Positions 29,515 to 37,984 of a stretch of DNA of 37,984 nucleotides are shown here, one piece after another; the first letter of the stretch is position 1, and every line of letters begins with the position of its first letter. The notes beneath the pieces were generated by a model. It ran no database searches, was not told the DNA's origin, and was given only the letters and a program-made list of their open reading frames with translations. The DNA is taken from NCBI GenBank assembly GCA_046582655.1, contig JAYGDX010000173.1:1-37984 (forward strand), given 5' to 3'. This DNA comes from Candidatus Poribacteria bacterium. Its GTDB lineage: Bacteria > Poribacteria > WGA-4E > UBA9662. The translations under genes were made by a program, and so were the position numbers.

Positions 29515-31776
29515 ATGAACAAACCGATGATGATCGTAGAGTCGGGTCGTCCTAAAGCAAAAATTGTGGTTGGGGATTCGAACCAAGCAGTTGAAGCTTC
29601 AAACATACTTCAATCAACAATTAAAAATATATCTGGCGCTGAACTTCCGATAACAACAGATAACCAGAGTGTATCTGGCACACATATTTATGTTGGCCGG
29701 GGCAAAAGCGTTGAATCCTTTGGAATTGAGATACCATCGGGAATCACTTCTCAGATGGATGAAGAAGGATTTACTATTCGAAATGTTAATGATAGTTTGG
29801 TAATAGTAGGAAATGAAGATTGGCATTACCGTGGAACCATCTACGCGGTTTTCGATTTTTTGGAAATAATAGGTTGCCGATGGTTTTTTCCGGGTCAATA
29901 TGGTCAAGTTATCCCCCAAATGGATACCATCAGCATTCCTCCAATCAATAAGATTGAGCGTCCAAGTTTCAGAATGCGGAATATCTGGTACAGTGGCTGG
30001 ATGCCGGTCAATGACGAAGATAGTGAAGAATTAACCAGATGGCTTGATTGTAATAAGGCTAACCGCTTGTTGATCAGTTTACCTGGTGATGGGACAATCA
30101 CTAGGTTAGCACCATCTGACCAATACTTTGATACTCATCCACATATTTATGCAGTAGACTCTAAGGGTGAGAGGAGCCGTGATATGCTATGCTTATCTCA
30201 ACCCGACACAATCGAAATTGCGACCGAAACAATTCGCACAGCGTTTGATCAGAATCCCACTATGTTTGCCTTTGGATTCGCTCCGCCGGATGGTATGCCA
30301 ATGTGCCATTGTACTCAGTGCCAGCAGCGGCTTCATGGTATTAATGCCAAGCACCTTGGTCGTGCCAGTCTTAGCGACGGATGGTTCTATTTTGTCAACG
30401 AAGTTGCAAAAAAGATTCAGGTAGAGTTTCCAGATCGATGGCTGTTGACAAATGGTTATGCCAACCGGATGTATCCGCCTGAGGGAATTTCCGATTTTTC
30501 AGAAAATATAGGGATTCAGTTTGCCTTTTTGCAGTCTTGTACTTTACACCGGATTGGAGATCCAAGATGCTGGCAACGTCAGGACTGTGAGAAACTTCTG
30601 AAACGGTGGGCGGATCTTTGTCCGGTATTTATTTACGATTACGATCCGGGGGTAGATTTGCAAAATCTGCCCTTTCCAACCCTGCATAATCTAAGACATG
30701 ATATACCGTTTTTCAAAGATCTGGGTGTGTGGGGTTTCTGGACAGAAGGGCAGAATACTTGGATGCGGACGCATTTGAATTACTACGTCCGAACTAAGCT
30801 GATGTGGAATTCGGATTTAGATGTTGATGCCATAGTTCGTGATTATTGCCAAAAGTTCTATGGTGAAGCGGCGTACTGGATTGAAAAATATGTTTGGACC
30901 TTGGAGAATGCAGTAGAAAAAACAGATCTTCATGCCCAATGGGGGAATAATCATCACATACCATGGAAAATAATCTTCACAGATCCGCTAATTGAGACCC
31001 TACAGGAGTATCTCAATCACGCACGGCAACAAACCAGTGCACTTGCACACCAACGTCATGTCGATATGTTACAAGAATATCATCATTATTTGATTGCCTT
31101 TCTTTCGATTCAGCAATTAACTCATTTAGGTGAATATCAACAAGCAATTAGTAAGATTGATGAAGCGTTGGTTGCAAGAAGTAAACTGTCCGCAGTAAAA
31201 TCGAATCTGCTTCCTCACACTCCCGATTGGGTGGTCGAAAGCTCAGATAGCACCTTGGAAGGATTATCTGATATCTGCCGATATTTGTTAGATCGGACTG
31301 ATGGAACTGTTGGTAAGTTAGTCGTGTTTTTACCTCGTGACTGGAAGTTCAAAACGGACCCCTTTGAAGACGGGCTAATCGAACAGTGGTACCGATCGGA
31401 TTACGAGGATGAATGGGATTCTGTTGCTACAACGCTTTATTGGGAAAATCAGGGCTATCAAAATGAAACTGGATACGGCTATACCGGCTATGCTTGGTAT
31501 CGAACCGAGTTTGAAGTGAAAAACGATATGGGAAATCGCCCGTTGATCCTAACTTTTGGCGGAGTTTTTGGACAAGAAATTTGGGTGTGGATAAACCAGT
31601 TGTTAGTCTTGCATAGAGATAATGAATCGCCATCAAAACCATTTGATATCAATCTTCCCGAAAATATTCAGGTGGGAACTAACCAGATTGCTGTGCGTAT
31701 TCACAGCCATGGTGCTCATAGAGGTGCGCAGGGTGGCATTTATCGCCGCGCTTTTCTATGGACATCAAACAATTAA
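29515..31776 (+). CDS. DUF4838-like protein (GH20/GH67-type N-domain, TIM-barrel core, C-terminal galactose-binding-like domain); putative carbohydrate-active enzyme
   Basis: RGTIYAVFDFLEIIGCRWFFPG, LCLSQP, PPDG..CHCTQC, LNYYVRTKLMWN, WKFKTDP, YTGYAWYRTEF. Confidence 0.8.
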   Translation: MNKPMMIVESGRPKAKIVVGDSNQAVEASNILQSTIKNISGAELPITTDNQSVSGTHIYVGRGKSVESFGIEIPSGITSQMDEEGFTIRNVNDSLVIVGNEDWHYRGTIYAVFDFLEIIGCRWFFPGQYGQVIPQMDTISIPPINKIERPSFRMRNIWYSGWMPVNDEDSEELTRWLDCNKANRLLISLPGDGTITRLAPSDQYFDTHPHIYAVDSKGERSRDMLCLSQPDTIEIATETIRTAFDQNPTMFAFGFAPPDGMPMCHCTQCQQRLHGINAKHLGRASLSDGWFYFVNEVAKKIQVEFPDRWLLTNGYANRMYPPEGISDFSENIGIQFAFLQSCTLHRIGDPRCWQRQDCEKLLKRWADLCPVFIYDYDPGVDLQNLPFPTLHNLRHDIPFFKDLGVWGFWTEGQNTWMRTHLNYYVRTKLMWNSDLDVDAIVRDYCQKFYGEAAYWIEKYVWTLENAVEKTDLHAQWGNNHHIPWKIIFTDPLIETLQEYLNHARQQTSALAHQRHVDMLQEYHHYLIAFLSIQQLTHLGEYQQAISKIDEALVARSKLSAVKSNLLPHTPDWVVESSDSTLEGLSDICRYLLDRTDGTVGKLVVFLPRDWKFKTDPFEDGLIEQWYRSDYEDEWDSVATTLYWENQGYQNETGYGYTGYAWYRTEFEVKNDMGNRPLILTFGGVFGQEIWVWINQLLVLHRDNESPSKPFDINLPENIQVGTNQIAVRIHSHGAHRGAQGGIYRRAFLWTSNN

Positions 31777-31921
31777 TCTAGAGTGTAAGTACTGATTTTA
31801 AAGCCTAAACTAAACCCTGAGATTTTTACGGTTTCATGTTTCGTGGTTAGAAGGGTGAAAATCGCTATACGTTTGGGGTTATTGTTTCCTCAATTGACCT
31901 GTGCATGATTAGGAGAAAATC

Positions 31922-32770
31922 ATGGATACTGCATGCTTAAATTATTGCTTAACAGAGACAGAAAGTCAGCAATTTGAACAAGATGGTTTTTTTATCATTG
32001 AAAACGCTTTGCCGTCAGAGTTGGTTGAGAACTTGATTTCTGTGGTTGATTACCTTCTTCTTCAGCATCGGGAGAACAACGGAATCGGTGTGCATGAAAC
32101 AGTGAATATGCTCGATTTTGTCGGCAAGGACGAAATTTTTCTTGAGTTGCTTGATTGGCCTAAAACTTTCCCCAAAGTGTGGGGGATTCTTGGATGGAAT
32201 ATTCAACTTTATCATTCACACATGATCATTACACCACCTGGATCAGCAAGTGAAAAATCTCAGAAAAGGCGCCTGGGATGGCATCAGGATAGTGGTCGTT
32301 TGAACATAGAATTACAAGGAGATCCGCGTCCCCGTGTATCTTTAAAGGTGGCTTTCTTTTTAAGTGACACCTCAGAACCAGAGTGCGGGAATTTTTCTAT
32401 CGTGCCCGGAAGTCATCAGTCTAATGAATTAAAAATGCCGGAGAATAGTGTGTCAAACCCAGAAAATGCTTTGGCTGTCTGTGTTCCACCTGGTACGGCG
32501 GTTTTCTTTGATCGTCGCCTCTGGCATTCTGCCAGTCCAAACTATTCAAATATTACACGAAAAGTGCTTTTCTACGGTTATAGCTATCGATGGCTGAGAC
32601 CGCGGGATAATATGACCGTGGAGCATTTAATCAATCAGTGCGATCCGATTCGACAGCAGTTACTAGGTGCGAGTACAGGTGGAATGGGCTATACATCGCC
32701 TCAGGAGAGGGACGTGCCGCTCAAACCTTGGCTAAGGGAACATCTTGGAGTAGAAGCAGTAGCTCCATGA
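31922..32770 (+). CDS. PhyH-family Fe(II)/2OG dioxygenase (canonical HxD...H)
   Basis: FEQDGFFII, WHQDSG, VPGSH, FDRRLWHS, RKVLF. Confidence 0.9.
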   Translation: MDTACLNYCLTETESQQFEQDGFFIIENALPSELVENLISVVDYLLLQHRENNGIGVHETVNMLDFVGKDEIFLELLDWPKTFPKVWGILGWNIQLYHSHMIITPPGSASEKSQKRRLGWHQDSGRLNIELQGDPRPRVSLKVAFFLSDTSEPECGNFSIVPGSHQSNELKMPENSVSNPENALAVCVPPGTAVFFDRRLWHSASPNYSNITRKVLFYGYSYRWLRPRDNMTVEHLINQCDPIRQQLLGASTGGMGYTSPQERDVPLKPWLREHLGVEAVAP

Positions 32771-32900
32771 GCAACTGATGTATATCCATAAATTAAAGGG
32801 AATTAGAAAACGAGATTGAACCGATTATTTTAGGTATGTCTATAGTGCGGCTCTAATGAGAGAAGTTAGAGAGATTCCTGGTACAGGGTAGAAGGAAAAC

Positions 32901-33190
32901 ATGAAAAAATGGGTACCCGTAGGCTTGATCGGATGCAGAGATGTTATTTGGCGTATCTACGCTGCTTCATTCAGCCAAATTTAGGGTTTGATTGAAGTTT
33001 CGTTGTTAGATGATCCCATTCAAGAAAACTTGGATCAAGTGGGTGAAATCTCCGATATTCCATTGTCTTAACAATATGCTGGTTACCGTAACATGCTATC
33101 AAAAGCGAATCTGGACGCTGTTTTAGTGCAACGCCGCACTTTTTTCATGCCGAACAAGTGGTCGAATTAGCGGAAGATGGGCTAGCGTCA
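32901..33190 (+). pseudogene. Gfo/Idh/MocA oxidoreductase N-terminal remnant
   Basis: MKKWVPVGLIGC..*..*QYAGYRNMLSKANLDAVLV, then frameshifted TPHFFHAEQVVELAEDG. Confidence 0.7.
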
Positions 33191-33287
33191 TTTGTTACTA
33201 GATACGCTGGTAGCCATTGGTCTAAGAGGGAATTCCCAGTCACATGGATAGAAGGGAACGAAACTAGTTAATAAGAGTACTTTAGTT

Positions 33288-34205
33288 ATGCCAGAAGACG
33301 CTACAGACAATCACGAGCCATTTATATTTGATAACAACTGGGGGCATTGGGGAAATCTGCCTTCTAGTGATCGTAAACTAACCAGCACCAATGCTGACGG
33401 GGAACTTGTTGTCCCATTAACTGAGGAGCAGAAGTTCACTTTTGATAGCAATGGTTGGCTAATAATTCCTGGCTTGCTAGCAGAGGATGAACTGGAAGAG
33501 ATGCGAGAATTTTGCTATCAATTGGTCAACGATCTCGAGTCCTTGCCACAGTGTATGCGGACACCAATTGCTGGTCCTTTGGAACGGTTAGTTGATCATC
33601 CAGTTGTGGTTGGATTTTGTAACGAATTTCTTGCTTATCCCGCTTTGGCTAGTGAAGATCATTATGGATTTCGGTTTGAGACCAGTTTCCTGCTGTACCG
33701 GTCGAAAGGCATGGGAAGGTTTAGTCCGCATAACGGTAATGGCCTGTGGCGTTTGCCTGGTAACTCACATATTTACCGTGCCATTCCAGGTAAGGGGTAT
33801 TCGGGATTAACACGTGCCGTTTGGGAATTAAATCCGGTCGAGGAGGGAGATGGCGGAACCCTATTTGTTAATGGTAGCCATAAGGCTGCCTACAAATTAC
33901 CGGAATCGATCAAAGATCGAAGTTCGTCTCTTTGGGAAACCTATTCCTGTCCAGCGGGGTCGGTCATCTTCTTCTCAGAAGCTACCACTCACAGTGCGCA
34001 AGGATGGCAGAATGATAAAGTTGATCGAATCCCCATTTTTAACCAGTACAATTCAATTGGTAGCCGCTTTCATTGGTGGGAGCCACCAACAGAACTACTC
34101 GAAATGATGCCGCCCAAACGCCGTTCACTTTTTCGCCACGCGTATTCAGAGGGTGCGAATACTGGTTTGGAAACCAGAAACCTGTTTGAACGACCTATCG
34201 GTTGA
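33288..34205 (+). CDS. PhyH-family Fe(II)/2OG oxygenase with a non-canonical H-N-G motif
   Basis: FDSNGWLIIPG, SPHNG, GGTLFVNGSHKA, AGSVIFFSEATTHS. Confidence 0.85.
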   Translation: MPEDATDNHEPFIFDNNWGHWGNLPSSDRKLTSTNADGELVVPLTEEQKFTFDSNGWLIIPGLLAEDELEEMREFCYQLVNDLESLPQCMRTPIAGPLERLVDHPVVVGFCNEFLAYPALASEDHYGFRFETSFLLYRSKGMGRFSPHNGNGLWRLPGNSHIYRAIPGKGYSGLTRAVWELNPVEEGDGGTLFVNGSHKAAYKLPESIKDRSSSLWETYSCPAGSVIFFSEATTHSAQGWQNDKVDRIPIFNQYNSIGSRFHWWEPPTELLEMMPPKRRSLFRHAYSEGANTGLETRNLFERPIG

Positions 34206-34693
34206 TTTGTTTACATTGTTTTCATTCGACAGACTCCATTATTCTTCCTTGTTTCTCTCTCCAGTTCGGCTGAGGATTTTTCCCTGCTTCTCAATTTGCG
34301 CAATTACTCTTGGTTCTTTGGTTGTTGCTGGAGTGGATAATGTAGGTACCAACGTGCATGGGAATCCAATCTTCCCAAATACGCTGAAGTTCGGTCAATT
34401 GCTTAGCTTAATGATCATAACCGTCATGAAGTGCTGAACAGGTCCGGATGGGTATTCATCTATTAGTTGGTTCGGACTGTCCAAGGTCAATCGTCGTGGC
34501 CGGAAAAGGGTGTTAGAATGTCGGTACTCCTCCAGCGGGTTGTGACAGAATCTGTCACATAAACATTGTTACTTCTAGTGATGAGAAGAGCCACGGGATC
34601 AACCGTACTACTATCGCGAGCAAACGGAACTATAGAAGTTCTGAGTCGTTCCAAGCCATAATTTATCTTGTTACTACACATGACAACTGGCAA

Positions 34694-35518
34694 ATGACAG
34701 ATCAAGGTTGTATTAAGTTTTTGCAATGGTGTCTCCCCCGATTAAACTATCAATGGGAAGGATTCCGTCGGGTTCGGAAACAGGTATGTAAACGGATTAA
34801 GGAGCGCTGTTCAGCTTTAAGCCTTACTAACTGTGCTAGTTACCGCACCTATTTGGAGCAGGATGCTGAGGAGTGGAAAATCTTGGATTCCCTTTGCTAT
34901 ATTACTATTTCTCGGTTTTATCGCGATCGAAAAGTTTTTGGGACATTACAACACCAAATCTTACCACTGTTAGTTCAAAATGCTTTGGAAAGTAACCAAG
35001 CGGAGATTCGATGCTGGAGTGCAGGATGCTGTTCTGGTGAGGAACCCTATACTTTGCAGATTTTGTGGCACTTAGACCTCTTACCTAAATTGTCACAGCA
35101 ACTATCGCTCAAAATAATTGCTACTGATCGATATGCCGATTTAATCATTCGGGCTGAAAGGGGGAAATATCCGCAAAGCAGCTTAAAAGATCTGCCGAAG
35201 GTATTCGCTGAGAAAGCGTTTATCCAATCGGATAGTAACTATATCCTAAAAGATTATCTGAAAACAGATGTTAGGTTCTTGATCCAAGATGTTCGGCAAC
35301 AACTTCCAAATGGAAATTTTGATCTGATATTGTGTCGAAATCTGATTTTCACCTATTTTCAACAAGATCTACAGTCTAAATTGTTAGAACAAATTGTCGA
35401 GAAATTGAAACCAAATGGTTTTTTTGTTCTTGGTGTTGATGAGTCGTTAAAATATAGTGGGGGACTTCTTGCCCCTTATTTGGTTGAGCAACCAATTTAC
35501 CAGAAGATAAAATTCTAG
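34694..35518 (+). CDS. cheR: CheR-type SAM-dependent methyltransferase
   Basis: ITISRFYRD, WSAGCCSGEEPYTL, ATD, FDLILCRNLIFTYF, LGVDE. Confidence 0.85.
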   Translation: MTDQGCIKFLQWCLPRLNYQWEGFRRVRKQVCKRIKERCSALSLTNCASYRTYLEQDAEEWKILDSLCYITISRFYRDRKVFGTLQHQILPLLVQNALESNQAEIRCWSAGCCSGEEPYTLQILWHLDLLPKLSQQLSLKIIATDRYADLIIRAERGKYPQSSLKDLPKVFAEKAFIQSDSNYILKDYLKTDVRFLIQDVRQQLPNGNFDLILCRNLIFTYFQQDLQSKLLEQIVEKLKPNGFFVLGVDESLKYSGGLLAPYLVEQPIYQKIKF

Positions 35519-35565
35519 ACTATAAAGAAATAATACGTTTTTTCCCGTCAACGATCGGGGCTAAG

Positions 35566-36585
35566 CTATTCTGCTTGCTTTTTAAGGGTTTCCAATATAT
35601 AGTCTGCCTGTTCCTGGATATAAGCGTCTTTGGTATGATTGCTTAATTTTTCAAGAAGTGATATCGCCATCTGTTTCTTTTCTTGTATGGCGTAAGTGAT
35701 TCCTAGATACAATTGGGCTCCCTCGTACAATTTACTCTGCGGGTATTTCTGAATGATGGTATTGAAATGCTTTTCCGCTTTTTGAAAATAATCTTCATTA
35801 CCTCGCTTCTCAGCATTCTGGCCATAAAAGAGTCCAAAACTAACGTGTAGCTTGGATAAGTAAGCAGACTCGTCTTTTAGATCAAGTGCCAAAACTTTAT
35901 CGAGCAAGGCCTGACCTTCTACAATATTGCCTTTATTGACATGAGCTAGAGCCATCTCGGTGTAAACTTGTGGAAGCACTCTGAATTGGTTACTGGGATC
36001 CAATTCCTGTATTTTATCGACCAGAGTTTGCCCTCTTTCGAGATTGCTTCGCTTGATATAAATCATTGCCAAATCGACATTTACCTTTAGATCGTTTGGA
36101 TTTTTTTGGATTTCTGCTCTCAAACGCTTCAATTCGTTTTCCTCTTTGAGCGTTTTATTCATTAATTCCGAGAATTGATCTGGTGGTCTAAATCCGGCAT
36201 TAGAACTGATTAAGTCTCCCTTCGAACTCAGGAATACAATAGCAGGATATCCGCTAATACCATATTTCCTACGTATCTCTTCATTTTCAGGATGATTCTT
36301 GTCTTCAGGGTTAACCTTTAAGACCACAAAATTTTTCGACAGTTCAATGACTTTTTTATCTGTAAACGTGTCGGCATCCAGCCGCTTACACCAACTTCAC
36401 CAATCTGTATAGAAATCAATCATAATTGGTTTATTGGTCTTTTTGGCTTCTTCCATTCCTTCTCCAACAGAATTAGCCCATTGCAATGTTTCTACACCTA
36501 CAGCGTATAAGTTTAGGGTGATAACTAATAATAGCGAAAACATGGTAGGTATCCTGTTGTTCCACTTAGCAGTTTCGTTAATCAT
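35566..36585 (-). CDS. Secreted thioredoxin-like + TPR selenoprotein (UxxC), 339 aa with Sec read-through
   Basis: ORFs 36397..36585 and 35566..36327 are in frame with a single TGA (36397-36399): KPIMIDFYTDW-U-SWCKRLDADTFTDKKVIELSKNFVVLKVNP...GYPAIVF, then TPR-like helices. Signal-peptide-like N-terminus; AAGGA RBS. Confidence 0.88.
36361..36390 (-). promoter_or_regulatory. Putative bacterial SECIS hairpin
   Basis: mRNA UGA-AGUUGG-UGUAAG-CGGC-UGGAU-GCCG-ACACG-UUUACA: upper stem CGGC/GCCG, G-containing loop 16 nt after the UGA, lower stem UGUAAG/UUUACA. Confidence 0.7.
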
Positions 36586-36931
36586 GAGTTTTTTCCTTGC
36601 AATTGTTAGATGAGTTCCATTTTATGTCATATCAACATTTTATTAATTTGAGAGATCAACAGTAGAGATGCTTATGTCAGGGCATTCCACATATATTATG
36701 ATACCCTGAGGTCTATGATAAACAAATCTTGAACTTTGTCAGTGATCATAAAACATCAGTTCGTTATTATCAGGGTGAGCAATTCCTCATATTCTTTTGA
36801 TTTAACAAAAGTCAGTGGGGATTTTCGGAAAAACTGAAATCTGGATGAGTAACTAGTTGTGATAGCTAAAGTGGAGTTTATAGGTTGCGAATTGTGTAAC
36901 TTCGGCTCCGCTGGAATTCTAGTGGATTTTA

Positions 36932-37984
36932 CTATTTATGTAAGAGTTGCGTCGAACTGAACCAATCAGCAATATGAACTTTCGGATTCTCCGAAATGCT
37001 TAGTAGATCCGGTTTTTCGACCGCTTGATAAATATTAGAAATCCACGTGGTTGGAAATTGACTTCCGGCATTGAAAATCAGCATCGGTCTTGGCGCGATC
37101 AGTGCTCCGGCAGTACGAAAGTCACCCACGCGACGAATACTCGGAATCGGTAATTGTTCCGCAAAGAAATCATCAGTTTCAGTGTTAAACTGCTCTGCGT
37201 CAATAACCACACGATCGACCTCCGAGAATCCGGCAGCCAACATGGCGAACACCCCCCCGCCATTTATGCCGACAAGGTTTTGCTTTGCTTGGGGTAAACG
37301 TTCGCCGATTCTATCTAATGCCAGTAGAATGTCTTGTGTCCACAGAGCTTGATCTGTCCGATTGTAGGTTGTGAAGAAACGATCATCCATCTTTCGGTCT
37401 GTGGGTTGTAGCTGCAGAGCAAAAATGGAATGTCCTATGTTACTCAATTGATCTGTCAAAGTCTTAAGATCTCCCTGCTGGTGAACGATTAAAGTCGCTT
37501 CCTTTGCATTGGTTGGGTTACTTAATTCCTTAATGAGGTCTTCAGATGAGTCATGCGATGCTTGGAGTGAGAGTGCGTGATACAGTCCTTTCCCCATTTC
37601 TGCTTGGTAGGACTTTAGTTCGGATGCATTCGTTGGTTTTCTCGATTCAATACCGAATTTGGCTCTTTGGATTAGTGATTCGATTAATTGGCCCATGCTG
37701 AGTGCATGATGTGGCACCGACCGATGTTGGAATATCAGCAGGTCTTCATCTTGTTCGACTTCAAAGCACTCTTCCTTTAATTTAGCTGGATCTAATTCCT
37801 CTAAAAACCACTGGCCAAACCATTCATATACTGCTTCTCGACTGGCTTTATTGTAGTTATGATCAGCATCGATCTGTACTTGATGGACTTTGTCTGTTGC
37901 TTCAAAGTGTTGATATATTGACAGAATAGCGGGATACTCGACATCCGGCGTGTTTTTTGTCCAGTCACCAGTTGCTGATACCAA
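36932..37984 (-). CDS. Alpha/beta-hydrolase (acetyl xylan esterase-like), 5' end outside the window
   Basis: SATGDWT, HNYNKASREAVYEWF, GINGGG, LIAPRPMLI. Confidence 0.75.
   Translation of the reverse strand: MVSATGDWTKNTPDVEYPAILSIYQHFEATDKVHQVQIDADHNYNKASREAVYEWFGQWFLEELDPAKLKEECFEVEQDEDLLIFQHRSVPHHALSMGQLIESLIQRAKFGIESRKPTNASELKSYQAEMGKGLYHALSLQASHDSSEDLIKELSNPTNAKEATLIVHQQGDLKTLTDQLSNIGHSIFALQLQPTDRKMDDRFFTTYNRTDQALWTQDILLALDRIGERLPQAKQNLVGINGGGVFAMLAAGFSEVDRVVIDAEQFNTETDDFFAEQLPIPSIRRVGDFRTAGALIAPRPMLIFNAGSQFPTTWISNIYQAVEKPDLLSISENPKVHIADWFSSTQLLHK

Noticed and set aside
34210..34690. Possible NHL-repeat remnant (NNVYVTDS) or short ORFs
   Set aside because: Only one weak motif; cannot be supported.
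876..37352. Many short antisense or overlapping ORFs in the ORF track
   Set aside because: They are shadows of longer genes with recognisable motifs on the other strand or frame.
1..37984. Complete DGR, CRISPR array, tRNA/rRNA or integron
   Set aside because: No RT, avd or AAC-rich template repeat, no regularly spaced repeats, no recognisable structural RNA gene, no integrase or clear attC sites seen.

Overview
Bacterial window, probably from a marine Candidatus Poribacteria-like genome. That is inferred from gene content: several PhyH-type Fe/2OG oxygenases, FGE-sulfatase/CLec-fold proteins, Gfo/Idh/MocA dehydrogenases, a DUF4838-like protein and a Ycf48/BNR repeat protein. The left ~25 kb is a decaying accessory island. 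It holds a few intact cargo genes among many pseudogenes and spliced gene fragments, several degraded copies of a shared repeat backbone, a dead IS5-family element and a ~4 kb multiply broken BNR-repeat lipoprotein gene. The right ~13 kb is mostly intact: a putative zinc-limitation operon (hisI variant, FmdB zinc ribbon, two COG0523 GTPases, WD40 protein), a DUF4838-like protein, two PhyH genes, an orphan CheR and an esterase. The best hidden signal is a gene split by the ORF caller that reads as one secreted thioredoxin-TPR selenoprotein (W-U-S-W-C) with a SECIS-like hairpin right after the UGA. The second is three FGE/CLec C-termini whose variable codons look like products of DGR adenine mutagenesis, although no reverse transcriptase or template repeat is in the window. 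Other leads are two PhyH-fold proteins with an H-x-G (halogenase-like) motif and a mosaic repeat family sitting at gene-truncation junctions. All family calls come from motif recognition by eye, not from database searches.
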